DNA of 64,000 nucleotides from Octopus vulgaris. Its lineage: Eukaryota. Below the pieces are notes generated by a model. The model had not been told where the DNA came from. It made no database searches and saw only the letters and a program-made list of their open reading frames with translations. Of the stretch, positions 41,250 through 54,410 are shown in pieces (the stretch's first letter is position 1; each line of letters begins with the position of its first letter). Location: the NCBI GenBank assembly GCA_951406725.2, contig OX597825.1, positions 4,216,001-4,280,000 on the forward strand, given 5' to 3'. The translations under genes were made by a program, and so were the position numbers.

Positions 41250-42300
41250 ATATTGGGATACACACAACCTAATTAAAAACATATTACATCTTAGGGTGTT
41301 GTATGTTCACAGAATTACCCGTACCTCTAAATACTTTAGTAGCAGGTACTTAATAATTATGTGAAACCTATTCAATAACGCATTCTAGTGACCCTTAGCT
41401 TCTATGATCTAAAAATCTAAAAACATTACACTATGTATTTAACTCTTCCCAGGTGTGCATCTGTTCTACCATGGTTTATATTATAAATTTATTTTTCTAA
41501 TAGATTCTTAAATTTTGCACCTCCCCTAAATATAAAATATACCCTCTAAGACCTGTTTGTATTCTACTTCGATCGCTTTTTTGATGACCTTTAGATATAT
41601 TTTATAAACCCATTTCCAAAGGAAATTTTTCTCTATTAAAACTTGGTACATCTTATTTTATTTTTATCTTGAATTAATAATATTCCGGCTATAACTTTTT
41701 CTATGCCTTTATAATTTTTATTTTATTTTAGTTCATCTTATATCCTTCCTTATGTATTTTTATACATTTTTATATCATCTTTATATACGTTCGTATAAAA
41801 AAACTTAATTAAAAAAAATATTTCTTGTATTTTATAATCTATTATATTTCATACTGTTACTTTTTATACGTTTATATATTCTGTTACATATTTTCATAGA
41901 TTTATCTTTTATATTATCATATATTTTTCAATTGCACATTATATTTTATAAATTCTTATATTTTATTTTTATAATTTTCTGCCTTTATATAACCTTTATA
42001 TAATTTTATAGCCTTTATAGCTTAGACATTTGTGACAATTTATACATTTTCGTAAAATGCACAGAATAATGTAATCTTATTTTAATTTATCGTTTAATTA
42101 TACGTGATATTCATTATGTGATTACAAGACTAAACTTGTTTAACTTTTTTATCTGAATGTATTTCTTTATATATTAATTAGCTCTAATTGACTTACCTTG
42201 TATATTAGATCTCATTTCTTGCTATATCCTATCTTTACCCACCCGTATTAGTCGCAGATGCTTTTAATATCAGTTTCTTTGTATACTATAAGTATCTATG
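41250..42300 (+). pseudogene. Probable decayed Penelope-like GIY-YIG tail plus AT-rich 3' region
   Basis: Remnants RTSKYFSSRY (cf. GxTxxxFKxRY) and ILNFAPP..TC (cf. ILxxAPPY..C), followed by a long T-skewed AT-rich tract. Weak similarity only. Confidence 0.35.
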
Positions 42301-42352
42301 TATATATAAATATTTTCGTTATACATTCATCATAAAATATGTTACAAAAATG

Positions 42353-42734
42353 GGGCGGCGAGCTGGCACGAAGGTTAATGGTGTTTCGGCTGTGTTTAGA
42401 ATTTGGGTTCAAATTCCGCCGAGATTGACTTTGCCTTTCATCCTTTCGGGGCCGATTAAATAAGTAACAGTTACGCACTGGATTCGATATAATCAACTTA
42501 ATCAGTTTGTCTGTCCTTGTTTGTCCTCTCTGTATTTAGCCCCTTTGTGGGTAGTAAAGAAATAGGTATTTCGTCAGCCTTTACGTTCTGAGTTCAAATT
42601 AAGTGGCGGTCGACTTCACCTTTCCTTCTTTTGGGCACGATAAATTAAGTACCAGATGTGTCTTGGGTTCGATCTAATCTACTAGCGCCCGCCACAAAAA
42701 TTTCGGCCCTGGTGGCTTGATAAGAAATGATTAT
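42353..42734 (+). mobile_element. Meta-type SINE, head plus two body units
   Basis: ggcggcgagctggc...ttcaaattccgccgagattgactttgcctttcatcctttcgggg..., second unit from aataggtatttcgtc at about 42562. Confidence 0.85.
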
Positions 42735-42859
42735 AAATCAGCTAAGTTACAATGTGCTATTTTGCTGATTTTCTGCACTTCTTTTCCACCCCTAATTTTT
42801 TATACATATTATTCTCGAAATTTCATTAATTTCCTCTTTAACATGACAGCCAAAAATAA

Positions 42860-43560
42860 ATATTATTAGCTCTTCCTATCCTCCTTTCTTCCACCAGACA
42901 TTCCCCCTTCATTTGCCATTTAGTGCACACAAAGCCCGACAACGTTCCAGTACTTAGATCGTTTCGAGACTGTCATGTTATTAATTGATTTATCACCTTT
43001 GTCTAGAATATAGCTACAACTCCCAAAGGATTTCATTTTGGATTCTTGAAGATTACATTTCCCATATTGTTTTCGGAGTGTAGGTAACTAGCTCACTACT
43101 TTCAATTATTCCACCAAACCACCACGACAACTAATAACCTCCACATTCTAGTGGGAACTAGAGCAGAGGAAGTACCAGCTAGTCGAATGTTAATCTCTTT
43201 CGTTTATGACTTTGACTGAGAGATTAAATTGATCCAATATGTTTTGTAGATATGTCCATATGCATCCACCTCATCCTTGGAATTTCTTTGACTCTGCATC
43301 TTATTCCAGTTAGCTTCTATAATTATTGAACTGAACAGCGTTAAACATTTTCAACACGTGGACCTGACTTCATGTAAGGAATGTTTAAACTTCTATAAAA
43401 ACTTCCCATCGCATAGAACGAAAGTCCTAGTCAACCGTGTTGTCTCGTATAATGTTTTTTATATACAATCCTTTTTTCACAGATGGTTTACATGACGGCG
43501 TAGCATGAGTATGACAAACATCGAAAGTTTGAGGTCTGTATCTCTTCTCTAAAAGACAGA
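42860..43560 (-). pseudogene. Possible decayed Gypsy (Mag-like) integrase C-terminus
   Basis: Minus-strand fragments RSKYWNVVG and NVWWKK resemble SKRWDxxG...RVWWRNRR of Mag-like elements. The rest is unalignable by eye. Confidence 0.3.
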
Positions 43561-44599
43561 CGACCACTATCAACTTCCACGGAAGAATTTCGAAAACGAT
43601 TTACATAATAATGGATTACATTGAAAATATCATTAATGTATATTTTTCATTAATGAATACAATATGCTAGATAGCGTAAGAGATTACGCCGTGTCAAGTC
43701 CCTAGATATTTTCAATAACACTTTAGAGGAATAGGGCTCAGCTCTAGACATCAGGACGTATATCACATGGTAAAGATATGCATAAGTTTGAAACTAGCCA
43801 CAACATGCAATTTGAACTAAAGAATGGTAAGAGCTGGATGAAATATGAAATATACCGAGCAATTTAAACAAATATACCAATACAATTCTCTTCATTGTTG
43901 ACTTAATAAGATATATTTTTTAATGAAATTATGTGAAGATGTATTTTTAGGAGTGATTTTTGCCGTTATGGTGATGATTTTAATTTTGCAGGAGTTGAAA
44001 TTTTCCAAATCTTTTTCACCGTTCAGTTTCAATCTGCAGTTTCAATCTTCAGTTTCAATCGCCTACGATATTATGCCAATGGATATTAAGGAAAATCAAC
44101 GGGATAACTTCATGAACAAAATTGAATTTCTTACTGTCATAAAGACTAGAATTATTATGGATAGTAATCTACATGTGCTCAGATTCTCGCTTCTAACATC
44201 ATTAGGTTCTTCGATAATCAGGTGCAAGATCTAGGATGGTTGCTTTCCTTTAAATATTTTCCCAGTCTGAACCTAATAATAATAACAATAATAATAATGA
44301 TGATAATAATAATCATGATAACGACGATGACGAAAATAACAACGATACTTTAACGAGTACACATTGTATCAGCATGATCGGAAATTACTCCGTTGATTGA
44401 GTACCTCTGCGAAGTTTTCGTGAAACATGAAAAAGAGGAGACAAACTAAGCTAGAACTATGCCCCAGATATTACCTCTGCAATCACACACACACACACGC
44501 ACACACACACACACGCACACACACACACACGCGCACACACAAATAGATATGTATACACACACATATATACTTATATGTATGTATATATACACATATACA

Positions 44600-44647
<48 letters not shown>

Positions 44648-44648
44648 G

Positions 44649-44698
44649 CAAAAACTGTCTGATGAACGGCAACGAGAAACTCAGAGTAAAAGATTTTG
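44649..44698 (+). ncRNA. Type-I hammerhead-like motif in a short element (44648-44797) within (TA)n
   Basis: CAAAAACUGU-CUGAUGA-A-CG(GCAA)CG-A-GAA-ACUC(A)GAGU-A-AAAGAUUUUG. Canonical core, stem I 8/10 paired. Confidence 0.7.
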
Positions 44699-44837
44699 TT
44701 GAATTTTCTGCTGCTTAAAATAAATCATATTACTCTACCACTGGTATTTGAGTACTCTTTTTTCCACCTTGTTTCACATTTATGCGTTTACTCCGGTATA
44801 TATTTATATATATATCCATATATATATATATACATAC

Positions 44838-44912
<75 letters not shown>

Positions 44913-44974
44913 AAGAGGGAAACATTTAGTTTTAAATCTCTGATGGAGAAGTGAGTAATAGCAATTCTACAGAA

Positions 44975-45290
44975 TAAAATCTATTTGTCAACATAAATTG
45001 GCAGTCCCGATTAGAAGGATGTTAGTACCTGTTTTGAACCCAAGGGTACATCTGATCCAGCTGGGTTCTGATGCACAACTGCATTCTTATACCTCGAACA
45101 AGAAAACTAATGTCCCCTCTTCAGCCTTAAACTGTACCGGCAGACCATGATTACTTGTTTATTTCTCTTCATCAGTACAGACTAAGCGTAGGCATGAGTG
45201 GGGACATTAGGTCCCTTGTTCAAGGAATAAGGACGCAGTTGTGCATCAGGAGCCAGCTCCAAAAGATGTTTTCCTGGGGCTAAAATAACG
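44975..45290. mobile_element. Foldback element with inverted arms of about 90 bp, related to 48362-48691
   Basis: 45031-45119 pairs with 45196-45285. Left end ttgtcaacataaattggcagtccc resembles ttgtcaacttaatatgacagtccc at 48378. Central minus-strand CUGUA-CUGAUGA. Confidence 0.7.
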
Positions 45291-46223
45291 ATTTACGTTG
45301 GCATATAGATTTTACTCTCTCTCTCTATCTGTCTCTCTACCTCTCTTTTTCTCTCTGTATATATCCATATAAATAAATATATATATATATATGTGTGTGT
45401 GTGTATATACGTATATGGACATCTCTCTCTCTCTCTCCATATATATATATATATGTACATGCATTTATATTTATATATACATACATATATATATATATAT
45501 ACACACATATATTACAAATGTACGCCTAAGTACATATCACTATGTATAAATGTGTGTGCATCTAATCAAATATCTAGCTACCAATCTCTCACCGCCTCTC
45601 TTTCTATCTCTCCCTTTCCTCACTCTCTATAACTATATGTGTTTGTGAGAGACAGAGAGGCAGAGAGAGATTGAAAGAAAGATATAGAGAAACATAGAGA
45701 GAGATAACGATATATTCATACATGTATACATAGATAGATGCATAGTTAACAGTGGAGAATTGTGTGTATGAATTGTGCATCTATGTATGTTTGCATAAAT
45801 GCATTAGCTTGGTCTCTAATTGATTTTTGTGTTATGATAAATAATATTTAATGGTAAGCTCGACAGAACATTATCGAAACATTTGTTTCTTGTGTACGGA
45901 TGTATTTTATAGTCGACCACCAACTCACACAAGTGACCTTACACCTTCACTGTACCAATAATTGAAATGGCAGAGTGGTTACTTGCTAGTCAATATTAAT
46001 TCTGACTTCTGCACAGATTTGTTATTTCTTATATGTGTGTATCTGACAATCTCTATGTGCATACATACATACGAATATGTATACACATGTATATACAGAG
46101 ACATATATACATATGAATGTATATATATGTGTGTGTGTGTGTGTGTGCACACACATATATATACTTATACATATATATTTCTATATATGTATATATACAT
46201 ATATACATATATACATACACACA

Positions 46224-46256
<33 letters not shown>

Positions 46257-47134
46257 GTATATCTGATAGTGTGTTGAATCTCTATATATTCATACTGCTT
46301 CTCACATGCGCACGCTTAGGCATGTAAACACAGATTCTTACATACGTACATACACATGCATCCACACACAAACACACACGTACACGCTCGCACACACGCA
46401 TGAACATACTCACACAATATAATGATTTCACATTTGTTTATGATTCCAGCTAAATTGCTTCTCTATCCTATCAAACAGCATCCCATGATCACTTCAGGTT
46501 CGGTGGTTATTATATGTAGCTGATGTCATTAGAACCACGCGAAAGAAGCGGAAAGCAAAACACATATACGAAATTGAGGCTATGTGTTGATTGCTATTGA
46601 TTTATACTGTGTTTTTGTATATTGCTTCTTTCTTACTTGTTTAAATTGTCCGCTTCTATTTTTTACCGTTTGCTGCCGTTTTGCCTTTCAAATATTAACT
46701 GTGATATAATGCATATATAATTAAAGTGATGATATAATTTCTGCAACCAGTGTCCAATTTAAATGTAATACAGTTTCTCCTGGTTTAGCCTCGCTGCTCC
46801 ATAGGTCACCGCTCCTCATTCAGATGCGTGTTACGACACACTCGTAGAGGCGAATAATATGCGAGGCAGAGAGAGCAGACATGGAATAATATTTTTTAGT
46901 GTGTTTTGTATGTGTTTGCGTGTATGTTTTATGTCGAGTTATGTATGAACTCAGGTTAACATTAAACTCAATAATTTGTACATGGTTGTCAAACTTTTAC
47001 TGATAAAAGCTTCAATGTTTCTTTTTGCAGTCCTTCGTCAAAGCCTCTGCCGAAAACTTGCAGGCCGCACCTGCCATAACAGTGTCACCCCAACTCCTGT
47101 AAAATGCTTACCATATGCTTACCACATGCTTACC

Positions 47135-47176
<42 letters not shown>

Positions 47177-47178
<2 letters not shown>

Positions 47179-47290
47179 GGAGAATTCACAAAAAAAACAA
47201 AACAAATGACGAAGACAGGTGGTGTAGAAAACAAACAGTTGTATTAGTATAACGCTCGGGAAGTGAAAAGTCTTTAACGCCTACGATCTT

Positions 47291-47292
<2 letters not shown>
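47177..47292 (-). mobile_element. Truncated copy of the 170-378 element
   Basis: gacgaagacaggtggtgtagaaaacaaacagttgtattagtataacgctc; starts at (TA)n; hammerhead region partly deleted. Confidence 0.7.
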
Positions 47293-47355
<63 letters not shown>

Positions 47356-48361
47356 TATGTTTGATAGATAGGTAGATAGATACAGAGAGAGATACGTAGG
47401 TAGATAGACGCATTTGTATATATATATGCATATATATCACTATACACATACATCGACACATGTACACACTCACACATGAATATACACGCGCTGAATTCAA
47501 CATATGATATACAATACATATTCAAGGATTATTGCTTGAATGCTCCTTAATAATCATTCGATATACCTGACGTTCTCCTTTGACTGATTTCATTATTTAT
47601 TTCTCTGTATTAATAATTTTAGATTATAAGGAAACCAGTAAAACATACGATTCTGGCTCACTTCTGTTCATGTGAACAAAATGTTTTAATCTAAGGAAAT
47701 TTTCCATGTCGAGTGGCAGGTTTATCACGGTGGACATGCTGCCTAAGTTATTGTCCATTAATCTAATTTCCTTTAGCCATGAAATACTGTGGTGTCAGAA
47801 TATTTTCCAGGAAAAAGAACTCCAATATCGATATTTAGATAATTCGTAGCCTTTTCTCTTTGGTGTACCGTTAACTTATTCATTTCTTGTTGATCCTCGA
47901 ACCTGAACTTTTCCTCATCGAATATCGAAGAATTCAGAGTGAAACAGTGAAACATTTGGTACATAGGCAGTAGCTGAACATGAAATACTTGACGACTTCA
48001 AGGCACACTATTAGTTAGAAGTAAATAATGCTGCTTTTGATTAGGAGATGGTGACCGGAGACAAGAATGTAAATTGCAATGAATAATGTCTGCATCCAAG
48101 AAGAAAATATATAAAATGAAATACAATCAAATAGCAAACGCAGAAAAACTATGAAGTAATCGTCTAATAAGCGAGTACAATGATCTTGAACAAAAAAGTA
48201 TAAGATAAACCAAATTTGTGTATTTAAAGTTTATAAAAAGTAATACGAGCCGGTGACTGTTTTGTTATGGCTTCTTACCAATTTAATTATATATCATATT
48301 GAACTAAATAGAAATAATACATTTATAAATTCCTCAGAGAGATTTATGCAGTAGCAGCCCG

Positions 48362-48691
48362 ATAAAGTGATGGTACGTTGTCAACTTAATATGACAGTCC
48401 CATGAATGGGAAGAATGCTAGTGCTATTTAGCCCTAGGAAACACCGTTCCTTGTTGGACTTATGTTTTGAAAGTGAAGATAAGAACCTCCACCTACAACG
48501 CCAGGCTACAGACACTAGTTTCAGAGTCATTGCTCATCATCAGTCTGGAGTAGCATGGATTGCTAGCAGTCGATGCCACAGGAAATGTGTTAAGCCCAAC
48601 AGGAAAGGGTGTTTGTTAGGTCTAAATAACAGTAGCATTCTTTGCTTTCATAGGACTGTCACATTAAGCTGACAACATACTGTCACTTTAT
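48362..48691. mobile_element. 330-bp foldback/MITE-like element with TIRs of about 100 bp and a central hammerhead-like motif
   Basis: 48362-48462 pairs with 48591-48691. Centre (minus, 48505-48554): GCUAC-ucc-AGA-CUGAUGA-U-GAG(CAAUGA)CUC-U-GAA-ACUAGU-G-UCU-GUAGC. Confidence 0.75.
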
Positions 48692-49139
48692 ATTGAACTA
48701 AGTATATCAAATATAATTGTAGAGAGAGACATGGCCTGGGCCTATACTGGCCGAAACTTATCTAAGTATGTATGGTAGTTAAGTAGATATCAAGAAAGAT
48801 GAGAAGACATCCCAATACCAAGACCTACCTATAGATATCAACCAATAGCAGAACCTTACCAACAAATTAAACTGCAATCTCAGCGGAGGACACTTATTTA
48901 CATTGAGACACTCGCTGTTGACCTGAACAAAAGTGTTACCCTTCATGCTGTATCAATTCTACCACACACATTTCGGTGTGTATAGAATTGGTGCAGCATC
49001 GGATGAATGATAGAGAGGAATGTTCAAGGTACATCGCGTCGTTCGAAACACAAGAGTGACGCGCCTGTACATCGTAATGGTGGGAAACATGAGCTTTCAG
49101 CTAACTTGTAACAGAAATACGATATATATATATGCAGCA

Positions 49140-49446
<307 letters not shown>

Positions 49447-50106
49447 CAAAGCCTTCTGCACTCCAGCAGATGTAACGGTCATTGTTTAAGTATGAGGACG
49501 TATTTCTTAATGGGTTGAGATGTCAGATTATTTTTTCCGTAGATGATGGAGCGCAACGGTGCAAAAATTCGATGGTTTCCAGACCAGTGACCCCGATCAT
49601 AAGGATACAGAAATAAATACAAACACATATACATTTGGGTCTATGTATATAGAAATATATATGTGAGTGTGTATGTATTTATGTATGTATGCATGGAATT
49701 ATGCATGCATGTAAGTATGTATATGTATGTACGCATGTGTTAATGTATGCATCGGTATTATGCTGAGAAACAAATACAAACTCTGTGTGCAAGATGTTGG
49801 TCTGTGTTCCTCTCTCATAACTCATTACACTATAATTATACATTCAGCAAATTATTCTAGTCAACTGCTGTTTCATGTTTCTAAAGATTACACAGTAATT
49901 ACAGATGAGAAATCGACTCGGTCAACAATTTTGTATATATTTAAAATTTCCTATGAAATAAACGAAGCAAAAATATTTGATGTACTTCCACCACTTCTTG
50001 TAATATTAATTTTTCAATCAAAAATTTGTTTTTACTGGATATGCATACATTCAGAGATACCTCTGTACACATATACATACGACCTGTGTATGTATACATA
50101 TAGAGG

Positions 50107-50166
<60 letters not shown>

Positions 50167-50292
50167 CATGTGCCACTTTGTTTGTGAAAGTATGTATATG
50201 TATATATCTATCTATATCTATCTATTTATACATATATATGTATGTATATATATATATATATTACATATACATATATCTATATATTTATATTG

Positions 50293-50343
<51 letters not shown>

Positions 50344-50939
50344 ACCTTATATATATGTATGTGTGTTTGTGTGTGTGTTTGTATGTGTGTGTTTTTGTGT
50401 GCGTGTTTCATATTTAAATTTATATGTGCCTGATTGGATACATACATACACTCATATACATTTGGAAATATCTATAGAGAATGTGTATGTTATAAAATTA
50501 CTGAGTGTGCATAAATGCCTCGGTTGCTGTGCACACATGTATTTGAATATAAATATGGAAGCGGTTGTATGTTTTTGCGTGAGTTAATTACTTATTAAGT
50601 GTGATTAGAAATCAGTGATGTGTGAATGAATTATTGTTTGAAATTCGAGGTGAGAGGTGAAATGTTAGCTTAGTGTTCACTGCATCGATATTGATTGCTC
50701 ATTCCATCATTTGCATGCTTTAATTCAAGGTTAAATTAATCATGTAATTATACTAATACATACTCCTGTGAATCTATGCATACACACACACACACACACA
50801 CACACATACACACTTATATATGTATATGAATGCATCTATGTTTGTATCGCTTTACGTATTTGTATATTGATATGCGTGTGTGTGAATTAACTATTAGGCA
50901 GAAAATCCGTTTTAACTGTACGTTATATCATGCATTTAT

Positions 50940-51225
50940 AACAACAACAACAATAACAACAACAACAATAACAGTAATAATAACAATAATAATAATATTA
51001 ATAATAATAATAAGAAGAAGAAGAAGAAGAAAAAGAAGAAGGAGAAAATAAGAAGAAGAAAAAGAAGAAGAAAAAGAAGAAGAACAAGAAGAACAAGAAG
51101 AAGAAGAAGAAGAACAAGAAGAACAAGAAGAAAAAGAAGAAAAAGAAGAAGTAGAAGAAAAAGAAGAACAAGAAAAAGAAGAAGAAGAAGTAGAAGAAGA
51201 AGAAGAGGAGGAAAAGAAGAACAAT
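50940..51225. repeat. Compound (AAC)/(AAT)/(GAA)n microsatellite
   Basis: Read directly from the sequence. Confidence 0.95.
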
Positions 51226-51544
51226 GAGTAAAAAGGAACAACAGCGCCAAATCAGCTACAACAACTCGAACAAGAAGTGGAAGAGCAAAACCGACAACAA
51301 TAATAATGATAGGCATAAGAATAATAAAGCAAACAAACATATATACATCATTAACAATGCGTAATAGATATTTATAATTAATTATATGAAGCATTTCCAT
51401 ATACAACTACATACATAAAGAACGTACACAACATATAATAGACATCACACAGATTCACACGCGCACATTTACTCACGAACCCCCCCCCCCATATATATGC
51501 TGCGCGTCCCTCCCTCGGTTACTAGTACGTGCCTTCCAGTTCAG

Positions 51545-51617
<73 letters not shown>

Positions 51618-51637
51618 TATATATATATATATATATA

Positions 51638-51696
<59 letters not shown>

Positions 51697-51706
51697 TATA
51701 TATATA

Positions 51707-51971
51707 TATCTATAAAATAATATGTTACATTACTCAATAGTCAAGATAAAACTCTGAGTTTCAGATGCCGAAGCGGAAATCCAGAACACCATCTCTTCGG
51801 TTATCTGGTCATCTGAAAAATTATGATGGTGTTGTGGATTTCCACTTCGGCATCTGAAACTCAGAGATTTATCTTGACTATTGAGTAATGTAACATATTA
51901 TTTTATAGATAAATTTCCTCTATTTACATAATATTGAGGTCTCTTTCATTTGTTATCTTACCGTTTTTACC
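51707..51971. mobile_element. Near-perfect inverted Penelope-like terminal pair with a hammerhead (minus 51744-51806)
   Basis: Arms about 51707-51793 and 51825-51911. Minus strand AGAUAA-CCGAAGA-GAUG...CAUC-U-GAA-ACUC(A)GAGU-U-UUAUCU. Abuts a long (TA)n at 51548-51709. Confidence 0.8.
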
Positions 51972-52327
51972 AATATACAATTTTTTACCCCTCTGCGAAA
52001 AGATCTCAGAATTTTAATTGATTTGCTTTTCGCAGGAAGGAAAGTTTCTTGTCGAAGATACGTCTCGCTTTTATCCTTCGAAACGTAGAGTAGATGAAAC
52101 CTTAGCGACTGAAGAAGGGGTTTTTTCGTTGTGTTAATTGTCCTGTACTCCATTTTTTGTTGTTTTTAAAAAAATGTCCAGTTCCTTTGGTTTGTGTCTA
52201 TGTTTTCGTTTCTCTTTGTGTTCGACGTCCCTTTGGTGTCCTGTACTCATATATGCGTGTATATGTACATGTAGAGGTAGGTACGTACATATATGTTTAT
52301 ATATATGCATATGTTTTATTTCATTTA

Positions 52328-52371
<44 letters not shown>

Positions 52372-52847
52372 AATATTCTATAATTATAAACATAATTATA
52401 ATAAGGTATGATCTAACTGCTTCGCCACGCACCGAATTTTGAAATAGGAATTAAAATGCCTTTTCTACAACCATAAAGATCTCCCAAACACTAACACGCT
52501 TTGTTTTCTGTAGGCAAAAAGAAAAAAATAACGATCCCACACGAGTCGGATTAGCTACATACGCGTTTCGAGATTAAAGTAAAGTTATATTTACTTCCTT
52601 ATTTCTCATCTTCGGTGCAGCATTTCAAAATGTAAATGTGAGAGTTTTAGGTTTAAATATGTACACAATGAAGCGTTATCACATAACCGATATTCAACCA
52701 TCACTTCCAAAAATATACGGCCGAATGTTAGCATGTATTTACCCACAATACGCACGTGTTTGTTCCGAGCAATCCCACAGAAATTGCAGTTTTCGATCAG
52801 GGAGTAAATTATAATAATAATAATAACAATATCAATAATAACAATGT

Positions 52848-52878
<31 letters not shown>

Positions 52879-52895
52879 CATATAATAATAATATT

Positions 52896-53340
52896 AGGGA
52901 GTAAATCCAAACTTACAGGGAAAAATTAGATTTAGGATTAAATCCAATTTTATAGTATAAATATATATTATATTAAATTAGAGATAAAACCACTACTAGG
53001 CAAATCAAACAGTGAAAATCATAAACAATGCATAGAAATAAAATTACTTTAAAAATATATAAAAAATATGAAATATAAAATATAAAAATCAAATTAAAAT
53101 ATTTAAATTAAACTTAAGATTTTTAAAAATTACTTAAATTAATAGTTTAAACTTATAAATTATAAATATATATATATTTTTATTATTATTTTATTTAATT
53201 ATTTTTTTATTTATATTTTTAATTTTTTTCATTTTTATATATTTTTACATTTTTATATTTTTATATTTATTTATTTATTTATTTTTTAATAAACTATCAA
53301 AAAGTATTAAAAGTTTAATAGGATAAAGAGTAAAAACACT
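52896..53340 (-). repeat. Repeat terminus plus extremely AT-rich A-skew/T-skew tract
   Basis: Starts after (TA)n/(TAA)n. 53030-53290 is almost purely A/T, A-rich then T-rich; composition resembles 41700-42100. Confidence 0.45.
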
Positions 53341-54012
53341 TAGATTCAGGGAGTTGTTCGTTTTAGCCGGCCAGACAGCGACCATTGGTTTAGCACTGTG
53401 TGTGTGAGCTCTATATTATGTCGCAAAGTGTCGTGTCTGTTCTATGTATTGATGTATGATCTATGTATTGATCTATGTATTGATACAACTTTAGCATCTA
53501 TGTTGATGACCAGGATTCTATTTTCTAATTGAGCATGCTTGGTAGAGCACTGGCTACATTTCTTACCCCTTTATGCTCCAACCATTTATCACACAAGTTG
53601 CTCCCCTATGCGACGTGCAGTCGCTGAAGAGGCAAATATTCAGATTTGTAGGCACATAACATATCGAGAACTTGAGAAAATAAAACGTCTCTACCAGTTA
53701 ACATTGTAAATATGAAATTCCAGAATTTCTACCACCAATAAATTTGGACGAGATGGAAATTCTCCTGAAATCAGTTCCAGTTGTGTCGAAAGATCTAAGC
53801 GTATAAACGATTACATTTTTTGCAAGTAAAGTTTCAATCTGGCTGAAACAAATTAGAATTTCGTTCTAGAATGTTTCCTCTAAAATCATAACTGACCAAC
53901 ATTTCTTTCTTCCACTTGACGAGAGGTTATGCGTTAACGGATCGTCTACTCAGCTTTAAAAGTGCGAAACCAATGGTCACTTTCTGATGGCCATAAAACG
54001 AACCCGCCAAAT

Positions 54013-54410
54013 ATTCTTTTCTACTCTAGATACAAGACCCGAAATTTAGTGGGAGGGAGCCAGTTGATTAGATCGACGCCAGGACGCAACTGGTACTTAA
54101 GTTATCGATCCCGAAATAATGAAAGACAAATTCGATCTCGGCAGAATTTGAACTAAGAACGTAAAGTCAGACGAAATACCTTTTTCTTTACTACCCACAG
54201 GGGGCTAAACACAGAAAGGACAAACAAGGACAGACAAACAGATTAATTCGATCATATCGACTCCGGTGCGTAACTCGTACTTACTTAATCGACTCCGAAA
54301 GGATGAAAGGTAAAGTCGACCCCGGCGGAATTTGAACTCAGAACGTAAAGACAGACGAAATACCGCTAACCATTTCGCCCGGCCTGCTTACGTTTCTGCC
54401 AGTTCACCGC
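54013..54410 (-). mobile_element. Meta-type SINE, head plus two body units
   Basis: gaaaggatgaaaggtaaagtcgaccccggcggaatttgaactcagaacgta...cgtttctgccagttcaccgc; unit junction gacgaaatacc at about 54170. Confidence 0.85.

Noticed and set aside
49727-50587. 286-aa ORF and the many [12 protein letters not shown] ORFs
   Set aside because: Open only because (TA)n and (CA)n repeats lack stops in those frames; no domain signal.
50928-51406. Poly-Glu/Ser/Leu ORFs resembling an acidic protein
   Set aside because: A (GAA)n microsatellite contiguous with (AAC)/(AAT) repeats; no splice signals.
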